From Octopus sinensis (lineage: Eukaryota), in assembly GCF_006345805.1 (NCBI RefSeq), contig NC_043015.1, forward strand, positions 18,104,001 through 18,168,000: a stretch of DNA of 64,000 nucleotides. Direction: 5' to 3'. The notes beneath the pieces are model-generated. The model did no database searches. It was given only the letters and a program-made list of their open reading frames with translations, and was not told the origin of the DNA. Position numbers and translations under genes: made by a program. Shown here in pieces: positions 52,392-64,000 of this stretch; the stretch's first letter is position 1, and the number at the start of each line of letters is the position of its first letter.

Positions 52392-52925
52392 ATCATCATC
52401 ATCATCATCATCAACGTCCGCTTTCCATGCTAGCATGGGTTGGACGGTTCAACTGGGGTCTGGGGAGCCCGAAGGCTGCACCAGGCCAGTCAGATCTGGC
52501 AGTGTTTCTACAGCTGGATGCCCTTCCTAACGCCAACCACTCCGAGAGTGTAGTGGGTGATTTTATGTGCCACTGACACAGGTGCCAGACGAGGCTGGCG
52601 AACGGCCACGCTCGGATGGTGTTTTTATGTGCCACCGACACAGGTGCCAGACGAGGCTGGCGAACGGCCACGCTCGGATGGTGTTTTTATGTGCCACCGA
52701 CACAGGTGCCAGACGAGGCTGGCAGACGGCCACGCTCGGATGGTGTTTTTATGTGCCACCGACACAGGTGCCAGACGAGGCTGGCAGACGGCCACGCTCG
52801 GATGGTGTTTTTATGTGCCACCGACACAGGTGCCAGACGAGGCTGGCAGACGGCCATGCTGTCTGGCACCTGTGTCGCTGGCACATAAAAACACCATCCG
52901 AGCGTGGCCGTCTGCCAGCCTCGTC
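52392..52925 (-). mobile_element. RTE 3' end with five 62-bp repeats and one inverted unit
   Basis: (ATC)n at 52392-52412. Repeat period is 62 (52581, 52643, 52705, 52767, 52829). Inverted unit at 52861-52925. Confidence 0.92.
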
Positions 52926-53299
52926 CATCTTATTCCAATTTCTTTCACTTTTCATTGAGTAGCAAATGAGCGACTATCTTTCCATACAGACACAACACAG
53001 ACTACGCTTTCAGGTTTTCTGGATAAAGTTTTCAGAAATAACCCAATAGCATTACCATTAATTCTGTGAATTATTCACAGGCCCCTCTAGTACATGATTA
53101 TTAAATCAGCATTCATTAAAATACATTTCATTTTCAAAATTTAATAGAATCTGCTGAAAGAATTGAATTTATGAACACATGTTTTCAAACTAATGATCAT
53201 TCTGGTCCAGATGCTGCTGATAACATGTAACAGTGAAATCACAAACATGAAGAAACATTTCATTTGGTATTTATGTGCATTTTTGTTTAATGGCTGCTG

Positions 53300-53560
53300 T
53301 CAATTCATCAACTATTGCTGGATTTGTACTGTAAACTATCTTTTAAATATAAAGAAGTCTTATATTGTGAGGCCTGGTGAACATAGTATTTTATTGAACT
53401 TCCTTGTCCTAGCCACCTGTTTGGCAACATCTCGTCAAAGTTGACCCTTCCATCACTATGATAATGTAGGGGTGTCTCATCTTGCTGCAAGTAAAACTCC
53501 ACATTGTCAAAAATATGGTTTAATTAATCCTTTTGATAAGTTGTACCATACTGTAATTCC
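53300..53560 (-). mobile_element. Tc1/mariner transposase remnant
   Basis: FYLQQDETPLHYH...EMLPNRWLG resembles the QQDGAPPH...FPNRWIG motif. Confidence 0.7.
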
Positions 53561-54672
53561 TAGGATCATCATCGATAATATTTTGAATCCATTTTTAGCT
53601 TTCAGTTGTCATTTGCTGGACATTTAAAATTTTGACTACAACAATGCTTGGAAGTCTTATTTTGCATTCATTTTTGAAGCAAAAACAGAAAATGATCAAT
53701 TTTAGAAAACTCATATTAAACTTGTTAACCAGACATGTTATTAACTTCACATTCGTTCACATAATGGTGCATGCCATAAAGTCTTGCACTTCTGACATAT
53801 GCAGTTCCTCTAGTCACTGTAAATCATTTACCTTCTCTGTAAGCTCTCAACTGCTTTAAAACACCTCACTTCTATAGCAGTCTGGGAATGGTCATGAATA
53901 TTGCTCCCTGTTCCCTGTCAGCTAAGAGATGTTTATATCAATATATTGCAATATGTGTTGTTTGTTAACCAAATTTCCCTGCTTTCTACGTATAATTCTA
54001 TCAATACTTCTACCTTATGATTGTTTTGCCTTTGCACTAATCATGTTATCCTACAGAAGTGTGTCTGTGATTGTCAGGCTTTGGTAATCCTTTTGGCCCT
54101 ATTAGCTTTTTAATTTTTTTTTTCTCACTTGGTGTCAACAATTATTGTAATGTCATTAAACAGTTTACATTTATTCTGCCTTTCAGTAGATCTCCCAGTT
54201 ATAATATATTCCAGAAAAGAACTAAAGCCATGAATTTGTCTTTATAGTTAGGGAGCTTGCTTCCTAGCTACATGGTTTCGGGTTCAGTCCCACTGCGTGG
54301 CACTTTGGGTAGGTGTCTTCCACTATAGCCCCGAGCTGACCGGAGCTTTGTGATTGAATTCGGTAGGTGGAAGTTACTGCCGTGTGTGTATATGTGCGTG
54401 TAGGTGCTTGTGCCTCTCCCAAAGAGAGAGAGAGGGAATTTCATGTTATAAAGCATAAGATAAGGATTTAGATCCTTAGATTTACATAAATGGAAAATCT
54501 GTAGAATTTTTCCTTAGATATGCATGAACACTTTGTTTTATGTATATGTAAAGCTATTGCAGATAATTTATTACTAGTGGAAGCATAGTTCATAATTACT
54601 CAGTGCAAATATTGATTTGTTTATTAAAATATTAAAAGTAATTATTGAAATTAAACTGGAATATCTTTATAG

Positions 54673-54896
54673 GTCATGCATCCTTGCAGAGAGATTGGTC
54701 AAACCCACTACCTGTGGATTTGTTTCTGCTCAGATTCGCTGTAAACACACATTACCTGATCTCCCATATGACTACAATGCTTTAGAGCCATATATCAGTG
54801 CTGATATTATGAAACTCCACCACCAAAAACATCATGCTACGTATATCAACAATCTCAATATTGCAGAAGAGAAACTGGCTAATGCAGTAGCCAAAG
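54673..54896 (+). CDS. SOD2: Mitochondrial Mn-superoxide dismutase, coding exon 2
   Basis: [39 protein letters not shown]; acceptor tttatag|G and donor AAAG|gtaaga. Confidence 0.97.
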
Positions 54897-55483
54897 GTAA
54901 GAAAGTGTTAGTTCTCTTGTATTTTCAACATCTTGTCTTGTTTAGTGACATTTGTTTCTATAGCAGAAGGACTGTTTATTTGACTTGATAGTAGTATGGT
55001 GGCAGAAATTCACCTGTTCCATTAAAAATAATGGTTGGGCTGCTTGAAATCTCTGGCAGAGTAGACTATGGGGTAGTCACTATAAGGGCAGAGAAATGTG
55101 CAAGAGAGTGTTTGACTAGATTATGAAAGTTACAGAAAGAGTTAGAAATTAACCTAGTTGAGATGCAGTTTGATTATGTGTCAGAAGTACTACTAATGTC
55201 ATCTTCCTTGTGAGACTAAATGAGATGTTCCTCGTCATTTGTTGACTTAGAGGAGACCATTGACAGGGTTCTGTATTCAGTGATCTGCTGATTAATGAGA
55301 AAGCTGAAGGTAGACAAATGGCTTTTATGTAGGTGACCAAATTAGTGGTAGGGTTGGATGATCTAAAAGGATTGTAGCCAGAGTAAGAATAGGTTAGGAA
55401 AAGTTCAAGAGACTATTATATCTGTTGATAAAAAAGCCATCTCCCTCAGATTGATGGACCATTTGTGTTAGAAGTCTAATAAT

Positions 55484-56415
55484 CTCTCTCTATATAAACA
55501 GCAGTTTGTGTGTCTGTCAGGTTGTACCCTCACCCTGACCACGGCTTTCAACCAATTCTGATGAAACTTGACACACACATAGCCCAATGTCATAATTCAA
55601 AACTAACGCAGCGAAAATTTTGAAAAATTCCCCCAGTTCTGAAAAAAATTGATAAATTCGACATGGGTCGAGAATCAGAAACACAAACCACAGACTATCT
55701 AGGGGACGCAACTCGACCTTTTTAACTCTCAACTCCATCAATATCCAGCTACTTGAAGCTATTCCTGGTGATGTCCACGTCTACAAATCTATTGATAGGA
55801 CAGCAGACCCCGCCGAGCTTGCCGATTATCCTGTTGAATTCCTGAATTCACTTGAACCGCCAGGCCTGCCGCCACACATCCTGAAGTTAAAAGTCGGTGC
55901 GCCCATTATGCTCATCAGGAATTTGGTTCCACCTAAACAATACAACAGCACACGTCTGGTTGTGAAACATTTGCCACCACATTTAATAACGGCCACAATA
56001 CTTACCGGTTGTGGGAAGGAAGAGGACGTCTTCATTCCACGCATGCACCTTCAACCGTCGGGCGCTGACCTACCAATCCACTTCAGGCGTTCTGTTTCCT
56101 GTTAAACTCTGCTTCGCAATGTTCATCAATAAATCCCAAGGCCAAATGCTACAAGTCGCTGAGTTACAGTTGGGCGAACAGTGCTTCGCCCACGGTCAAC
56201 TCTATGTGGGCTGTTCACACGTTGGGAGGCGCAATGATGTTTTCGCCCAAAGGGACAGCTAGGAACATCGTATACACAGAAGTATTCGAGTGAAGAGAAA
56301 GCATTGCAACCTACACATGCGCCTTCATTCCCTAGAGGGAAAGGACTAGATTGGGATTAGTCGTTGCCTACTAGGGGCTCTTACATACCCGGGCAACGCC
56401 GGGCTATGCTGCTAG
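55484..56415 (+). mobile_element. Helitron with C-terminal PIF1-like helicase remnant
   Basis: YPVEFLNSLEPPGLPPHILKLKVGAPIMLIRNL...NKSQGQ...HGQLYV; 3' hairpin cccgggcaacgccggg plus CTAG. Confidence 0.92.
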
Positions 56416-58602
56416 TGTATGATAATGAGATGTTAACCTTGGATTCAGAGGATTTGCAAAGAAATGAAGTGTTCGTGCTGGATGTTTAAAATTAGTGTGC
56501 ATCAACAGAAAGAAAAACTGAACACGAGAAGAATGAAGTGTAGTGTGCAAGTGAGAAGGCAGCACTGAAACATATAATGGGATACATCTGCAAAAGGACA
56601 GTTGTATAAGGTGTAGAATGCTCAAAGTGAATGGAGCTGAAAGGAGACTAGGGAAGTCTTAGAGTGAAGTGGCAATCTGAAGATGCTGAATCTCACAAAT
56701 GTGATGACAAAAGACTAAGTTAGTTAGTAACTACATATTTCAGTTATACTTCCTCTCTACAATCGTTATCACCTACCTCCACCTTCTTTTACATGACCTA
56801 TATATAAGAGATTATATCAGATCTGATTGATTCTAACATCACCCTTATTTTCCTGAGCCACCCATTACTGATAGCCACCACTGTCCAACTCCAATTTTCC
56901 CCTCTCTACTATCATACATTTGCTCCCTTCACCTAGCCATCCTTCCTGGTTCATTTTGTTTTCACTTTCATTTACCTACCTTTGACTCATTCATCAACAT
57001 TATCATCATTTGATGTCCACTTTCCATGATGGCGTGGGCTAGATGGTTTGACAGGAGCTGGCCAGACAGATGACTGCACCAGACTTCTGAGTCTGTTTTG
57101 GCATGGTTTTTATGGTTGGATGTTCTTCCTAACACCAGCCACCCCATAGAGTGGACTGAGTGCTTTTTATGTGACACCAGCCCAGACGAGGTCAGCTTTG
57201 GCATAATTTTTACAGCTGGATGTCTGTCCAAATGTCAACCACTTTACAGTGTAGAGTGGATGCTTCTTACATGGCACTAGCACTGGCAGAGTCACCAATT
57301 AACTTGCAAGACAAAGTTGCTTTGAGAGGGGAGGGGACATAGGAGGAGGTGATCTTGTGCCAGATGAAGAAAGGTTAGTGTGACAGAAACAGGTGTCTTG
57401 CTGTAGATGAGGTACATGGTTACCCAGCCAGAGAGAGAGATCAAGAATAAGGACAAAAAAGGCATGCTGTTGTAGAGGAGATACATGGTTACCCAGCCAG
57501 AGGAAAGAGAGAGAGTAAAAGATAACAAGAGTGCAGGAGAGAGATGGTAGTGAAATACCAGGGCATACTCACAAGGAATGGGGATCAGAATATAAATGGG
57601 ATGGTAGAGTAAAGAAAGAGGGAGATGGATGATGGCAAGTGCCAGGGTATACCCTCAAAGTACTGAGGTTATAATATATTGCCAAAGAAGCATGTGTAGG
57701 GAGTAGAGACTTCACATGGATGCATAGTGTTGGGGTAAGGAATGCAGTGACTGGTGAAAACCGGGGTATATAGAGGGGGTGGAGGACTACAGGATAATGA
57801 TGATACAGTGAGCAGGACAGGATTGGGAAGCAAGAGATAAGCATAGTACATGAAAGACGAAATGTGAGGAAGAGAAGAGATACAGCTTGGTGTGTTGGGG
57901 TAGGGTGTATGAAGAGTTTTATTACGTGTGGATGGAACACAGTTCTTATAGAGCTCAGTTTCACTGATGTGGGCATGTCTTCTCAAGAACCTGATATTGC
58001 CAGGCATCTCAGTCCATTGTCATTTCCTCTGTGAGGCCCAACATCCTGAGATCACCTTCTTACACTTAACGATTTAGAAAAGAAAGATGCATGAAAGTGC
58101 TACTATGAAAAATTACTAAATAAATATTGAAGCGAGGTTACTCTGGGTAGATTTAAGGCCATAGCTTTAACTAAAATACAATCAACAATAATTTGTTGTG
58201 CTATTGCCCAGAATTACCTTGCTTTGGTATTTCCATCAGAGGAAGGCTTAAAGAGCCAGAAACACTGCTTCCGGGAATCTGATAGAAGGCAACACTGGGC
58301 AGATATGGTGTTTTTACCCCTTTTACTTTAATGTTAAATGGTGCTAAAGTAGACTTGACCACCCCTGATAGGCACAATGAACTGAACATCAAAACTGGAG
58401 GCCAAGAGGCATAATAATTGATATATATATAATCATCATCATTGTTTAATGTCCGTTTTCCATGCTAGCATGTGTTGGACGGTTCAACTGGGGTCTAGGA
58501 AACCAGGAGGCTGCACCAGGCTCCAGTCTGATTTGGCAGTATTTCTACAGCTGGATGCCCTTCCTAATGCCAACCACTCCATGAGTGTAATATATATATA
58601 TA

Positions 58603-58922
58603 TATTTCGTTTTGGGATTTGGTTTGCAATATTCTTTATATGAGTTCATGTGTTGAAGCAAATTCTGTTGTGTCTGGGGAAAGTAATTTTCTTTTTGTGC
58701 CTTATAATGTAACACACTCACCGGTGAAATTTCCACTTATTTCTTATTTTTATTTTCATTGCGCCTGGCAACCTTTTCAATAGTCTTGAATATTGAAAAG
58801 GTTGCAAGGGCGCAATGAAAATTTTAGGAAAATAAAAATAAGAAATAAGTGGAAATTTCACCGGTGAGTGTGTTACATTATAAGGCACAAAAAAAAATTA
58901 CTTTCCCCAGACACAACAGAAT
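58603..58922. mobile_element. Asymmetric fold-back element with a central hammerhead-like motif
   Basis: Arms 58662-58782 and 58791-58922 with an 8-nt loop and an unpaired 60-bp left extension; (TA)n on both sides. Confidence 0.85.
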
Positions 58923-59066
58923 ATATATACATATATATATATACACATTGTCAGTAGTTCATATCAGAATCACTCTCTAAAGCATCAGAGCAGTATTATA
59001 TTTTTTTAGAAAGTTAAAATTTCAGGCCAGTCATAGTGTGACTGCTAGTTTTGAACCTTAAATTGG

Positions 59067-59172
59067 TTAGCAGTATAAGCAACTCAGACTCAAATGGCTG
59101 AAGGTGCATAACCTCTCAGAAAAGTTATGTGCCTTCAGCCATTTGAGTCTGACGAGTAGCCTGTACTGCTAA
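59067..59172. repeat. Inverted repeat (about 47-bp arms, 11-nt loop)
   Basis: tcagactcaaatggctgaaggtgcataac / gttatgtgccttcagccatttgagtctga, extending imperfectly to ttagcagta/tactgctaa. Confidence 0.9.
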
Positions 59173-61512
59173 GCACTTTATAGATGTTAAACCAATGATC
59201 ATTCTATGATTGGCTATAAGTTTTAATTTTCTAAAATTAGGTTAGTTGAAACATTGTTTGTGACATATTTCAACTTCTAAAGGCAAATTCACTGAAGTTA
59301 AGTGGGGATAAAATTCTCTTAATCATGTTCCTTTGTCTTCTCTTTTGTTAGGTGCAACATCATGAAATCTGTCTTCACCTCTTCTCAAGTCTTTCTCACT
59401 CTCTTTCAACAGATTCCATTGACTTTGAGCACATGGTATTTATTTATGCAGCTGTTTTCCTCCATACACATTACATGCTTGTATAGCACAGTCTTCCCTC
59501 TTGCTCATTGCATCCAATACCTCTTATGTTTATTTGTTCTTTCAGCTCATTTACTCCAATATTCATACACATTAACATGGCACATCCAGTAAAGCATACT
59601 TGTTTCATTTCTTTCTCAACTTAAGAAATCCACTATATTCAAAGCCCACATTTCCCAAGCTGGCAACATCAGACTCTGTACCCAAACATAATATAATCTA
59701 TCCTGTAATCAGAAATAATAGCTTCCTATACTTTTCTCAATCCATTCTTACACTGGCTTGTATGCTTTCAGAATGCCTACCTCCAATGTTGAATCAGTTC
59801 ACATAGCTACATCCAGTGATTCATGACTATACTTGTATGGACATGTAACTGGAATGAGTTCTTGGTGAAAAAGAAGATATGAGGAAGAAGTAGAAATAGT
59901 ACAATACAAATAAAATGAAAATGTGTAAATGGGAAACCTGTCCAACCATTACCATCAAGGAAAAACAGTTGTTAAAGCATTGATGCAGATGATGACACAT
60001 GTGTTCACTTATGCACACACCTGTATATATTTTATAACTTGTTTTGATTGTTGGACTGCAGCCACATTAACCCCAGTACTTATTTTTAAGCCTGGTACTT
60101 ATTCTTCTGGTCCCTTTTACTGAACTGCTATATTATGTGTACGTAAATGAACAAACACTGGTTGTCAAATGGCGGTGGGGGACAAACACAACTATAGGGA
60201 AATAATGGGGAAGATGATGAACAGTGGCAGGTATATCAGATATATGAGGGTGGCTATAGTGAGTGCGGCAACAAAGGTAGTGGTGGGACATTTGATGATA
60301 TGAGAGGATGTTGAGAATGATAGCAGATAAGTGAGGTGTTAAAAATGAAGTATGATGAAGTTAAAGATGAAGGTGAATTTAAGATGTAGCTCAGAGGGAG
60401 GGAGAGATAACTGAAGGCACAAACATGGAGGTGATTGGTGGAAACTAATATGAAGAGGAATGATAATGAAAATGAGGAATGGAGTTTAAATGGTTCCAGC
60501 AGGAGGTGATAACAGGTAATGCAAAAGTGGGGAGTAAATGCATGCTGGTGCTACTCTCAAATGATTATAGCAGTGAAAAGTTTCTTCATTAAGAGAGTGA
60601 TGGAGGAATTGGATGTTTTAGGAAGAAAATATGTTGGGGAATGCTTGACATGGGTTGATTGGGTGCAGGGCCCAACATATACAGGCATAAGCATAATGCT
60701 TTTAGAACCTCACTTTCACTGACAGATATTTTTTTTAGCATAATTACTAGTTATCTTGGTCCTTCATCATCCTCCATGAGGCACATCTTGAGATTTGCCC
60801 TCACTACTTCAACTCATGTCTTCCTGTGTCTCCCTCTTCCACAAGTTCCATCTGCTTTAAACAATTAGCACTTCTTTATACATCTGTTCTCATCTTGTTC
60901 ACATCATATGACCAAACCATCACAGTCTTCTCTCTTGTATGCTACATCTGATTCCTCTTATGCCTAATTTTTCTCTAAACACATTTGCACTTTGTCATAT
61001 ATGCCCACTGATGTTGTACATCCAACCAAGCATACTAGCTTCATATATCCTCTGCATTCATGGCTCACATCTCACTACCATGTGGTATTTCTGTTCATTC
61101 ACAATAAATCTGTAGCTGAATACATCTGTTAACTGTTGAATCTTGTTTACTGAATGATAAAATAGTCCAGTAATCTTATTTCATTTGAAATTAAAGTGTT
61201 CATTTACTATTGAGAGAAAGACACAGATGGTAATCCCGGCATGGAAAGCGAATGGTGATGGTAACCTTTTTTATTCTTAAGTTATGCTTTTATTTGTTTT
61301 TCCGTTTTATTAATGATTAAAAGATATATGTAGTTTTCTCTACTCATTCCTCTTTAGATGCATTCTCTTCTGTTTCTTCTAAAGATGGAATTGCTCTACA
61401 CTCTGAGATGAACTATGTTTGGTCTCAGAGATTATCTGTTTGCTCATATATATTGTATATTCTCCTTCCCCTCTCTCTGCAATTAAATCTATATGTTGTC
61501 TTTATATTACAG

Positions 61513-61809
61513 AGGATACATCAACTATCATTAGTCTTCAACCTGCTCTGAAGTTCAATGGTGGAGGCCATCTCAACCATAGCATATTTTGGGAAATACT
61601 GAGTCCACATGGAGGAGGAGAACCTGAAGGTGATTTGCTGGCAGCCATTGTAAGAGATTTTGGATCTTTTGAGAAAATGAAGAATGACTTAGTTGCTTCC
61701 AGTGTGGCAGTGCAAGGTTCTGGATGGGGATGGTTAGGCTATGATGCAGTATCTAAACAGCTAAAAATAGCAACTTGTGCTAATCAAGATCCACTGAAAG
61801 CAACCACAG
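61513..61809 (+). CDS. SOD2: Mitochondrial Mn-superoxide dismutase, coding exon 3 (final exon lies beyond the window)
   Basis: [19 protein letters not shown]...[13 protein letters not shown]...NQDPLKATT; acceptor ttacag|AG and donor ACAG|gtttgt. Phases match exon 2. Confidence 0.97.
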
Positions 61810-62989
61810 GTTTGTCAATTTCATTATTTTCTGATTTTCGACTCTAGAAGTTGAAACTTTCTCTTAAATATTTGATTTTTTTTTTTAATTTATAAATTTA
61901 CATTTCTTACATTCCTCATCATCAAGTTTCAGTTTATTCAGCAGAGAAAACTATTATTATCAACATTTTATTCAGTTAAAAAAAGTATTATTATTACCAT
62001 CAATATTCTTATATTTAATATATTTTTTGTTTCTAAATTTAAGAATAGGAAACTTCTTGATGGTGAAAAAAAGAGAGAGTGTTAAGATTAGTGCTGTATG
62101 GTAAGAAGTTCCTCCAGTATTCTTTGGACCCATCGGTCTTATTATAGTCAATTTCATCTGTTAGTATTTTCTTTGTTCTTATCTGGTTCCAGATATTTTG
62201 GCCACTTTATACTTAGGAAGATAACATCTAAAAGACATTCTTTCACAGTTGGCAATAATGTGGTTGATGTCTTCAGTTTTAATTTTGCACAGCTCACATT
62301 TGTTGTTTTCTACCATTTATGCTGCAAGCATTTGGTAGGGATCTCTTGTTCTTCAATAACCTTTAAAGTGACTCTTTTTGAGGACAGATCTGCATGAGTT
62401 CTTATTTCATGCATTTCCTCAAGTTCATTAGCTATCCTAATTATATGGTATACATACATATAAGCATTTGGCTTGATATCACATGAGAGTTGTGAGTGAG
62501 TGTCACCATTATTATGCAAGCAGTCTTGTTCATTTCTCGTAAACATGTCAGGTCATGAGAAAACATTACCTTAGTTGGTGACAGGAAGGATATCTGACTA
62601 TAAAAAAATCTTCCTCAAAACATTCCATCCAACCTATGAGCATGAAAAAGTGGACTTAGGTATAAAAATTCAGAATCCCTCTGTGATCAATAAGGCTATA
62701 AGGCTGCTCACAACAAACACATTTAAATTCATCTAGATGTCAATATCATCTGAGGAAAATCTACTTTAAAATGCTCAATTATAGAAATTTCCTAGGAATA
62801 TAGACGGTGTTTGGGCTAAATTTGACATGAAAGGAAGAGAAAATACAATATTTAATCCAAAAATAAAAGTATTTTGAAAAGAATCAAAAAATATCAACTA
62901 GATTATGGCTGGGAGATAACAGTTTACTCAAAGTAGCTGCCCTCAGCTTCCACCACAACCTTAAGATGGCTTCAAGAATCAGCTGCATG

Positions 62990-63560
62990 CATTTTGCAGT
63001 ATGTCCCTGGAAAGATCTGCAAATACCCCCTTGATCTTGGCCATCAGCTCAGCCTTGGTATTGCAGGCCGAGTAGTTAGTGTCTTTCTCAACTGTGCCCC
63101 ATGGGATTACAATCAGACGTATTAGGATGCCAGAAATTCAGACTGATGAAGTCATAGAAATTCTCAAACCACCACTTCTGACTCTTTCCAAAGGTGAGGT
63201 AAGGAGCCAAATCCTGCTTCCACAGACATTGCCTCTCTAGCCAGAGTTTGACCAGTTTTCAGCAGTTTCACATAGCCATCTGAATTAAGCCTAAGGCCCT
63301 GTTCAAGGACGAGGGGCAGCATGACATCATCCTCACTAAGACACACTCAAAGATCATCACAGTATGGAGGAACTTGGTTTTCATGGCAGATGGGACATTG
63401 CATAGATTGTAGGCAACCCACCTCTTGTTCTGGGTGTTGTACAACTGATTTGGCAGAAGTTCTCTTCATCTGAGAAGATCCAGACTATCCCTGGTTCAAT
63501 GGGATGCCTCAGCTTGTTCATGAGCTTCTTTTCCTTCATCAAGTAGTTCTCTTTGGTTTT
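62990..63560 (-). mobile_element. Tc1/mariner transposase remnant
   Basis: NKLRHPIEPGIVWIFSDEENFCQ, followed by further decayed DDD/E-domain fragments. Confidence 0.7.
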
Positions 63561-63705
63561 GGTTATCAGAATTTGTCCCCCATCAGTGTTCACAGAGCAT
63601 TGATCAACAGTCATAATTTCAGCATTTTGATACCCAATGCAAATCATCATGATACTGGTAATTTTTATGAAATATTCAGATGGCTTCCAATCTGCCATGT
63701 CAGCT

Positions 63706-64000
63706 AACTTTCTCAGGGTTGGTACACTGAAAGGTAGGTCTGGTAAGATTGTTGAGATGCTTGAATGGAGACGTGTAGATTTGTGCTGCATCTAAGAAGT
63801 AAGGTGGAGAGGAGGTTCTGCTAGGTTCCTTACAGGCAAAGAACAAAGTATAAGATTTTCTGGGCAGGGAACAGACAGAGTCAGGGCATGGGTATACTTC
63901 TTGCGGAGAAATAGGTTGATAAGGCAATTGAGGTAGTCAGAATCTGTGGTAGACTACATCATGGATTAGAAACCATTATCTTGGCCTATGCTCCTCAGAC
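63706..64000 (+). mobile_element. Decayed RTE endonuclease 5' fragment
   Basis: Homologous to 10055-10385 (ctcagggttggtacactgaaaggtaggtctgg...). Confidence 0.85.

Noticed and set aside
52564-52925. CRISPR-like array of regularly spaced repeats (also 13250-13600 and 22785-23065)
   Set aside because: The units are contiguous 62-bp tandem copies with no unique spacers and no cas genes. They sit in the RTE 3' UTR of a eukaryotic genome.
61810-64000. Final SOD2 exon (expected ...IDVWEHAYY...)
   Set aside because: Searched by eye and not found; it presumably lies beyond the window.

Overview
This 64-kb window is AT-rich, repeat-dominated animal genomic DNA. The repeat families suggest a coleoid cephalopod, probably Octopus (inference). 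Host gene: mitochondrial Mn-superoxide dismutase (SOD2) on +, with three coding exons at 47743-47786, 54673-54896 and 61513-61809; the last exon is not in the window. There is also a candidate orphan 150-nt exon on - (19701-19850). Transposons fill most of the rest: four large RTE-clade LINE copies arranged as two nested inverted pairs (two nearly intact, with a PHD finger inserted in ORF2 and 62-bp repeats in the 3' UTR), a decayed Ty3/Gypsy element, a Penelope-like element (RT + GIY-YIG), Tc1/mariner and hAT elements, several Helitrons including a head-to-tail array that captured a LINE ORF1 fragment, tRNA-derived SINEs and many (TA)n tracts. The most unusual signal is a set of minimal hammerhead-ribozyme motifs: a near-canonical one at 6434-6503, a core-deleted one at the 3' end of the Penelope element, and two families of fold-back non-coding elements. 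One fold-back family has a tRNA-like head (51284-51677). The other has an apparent U3-A8 core variant (58603-58922, related copy 34052-34271). Together they suggest small ribozyme-bearing elements mobilised by Penelope-like machinery. Coordinates were read by eye; no alignment, folding or database search was run.
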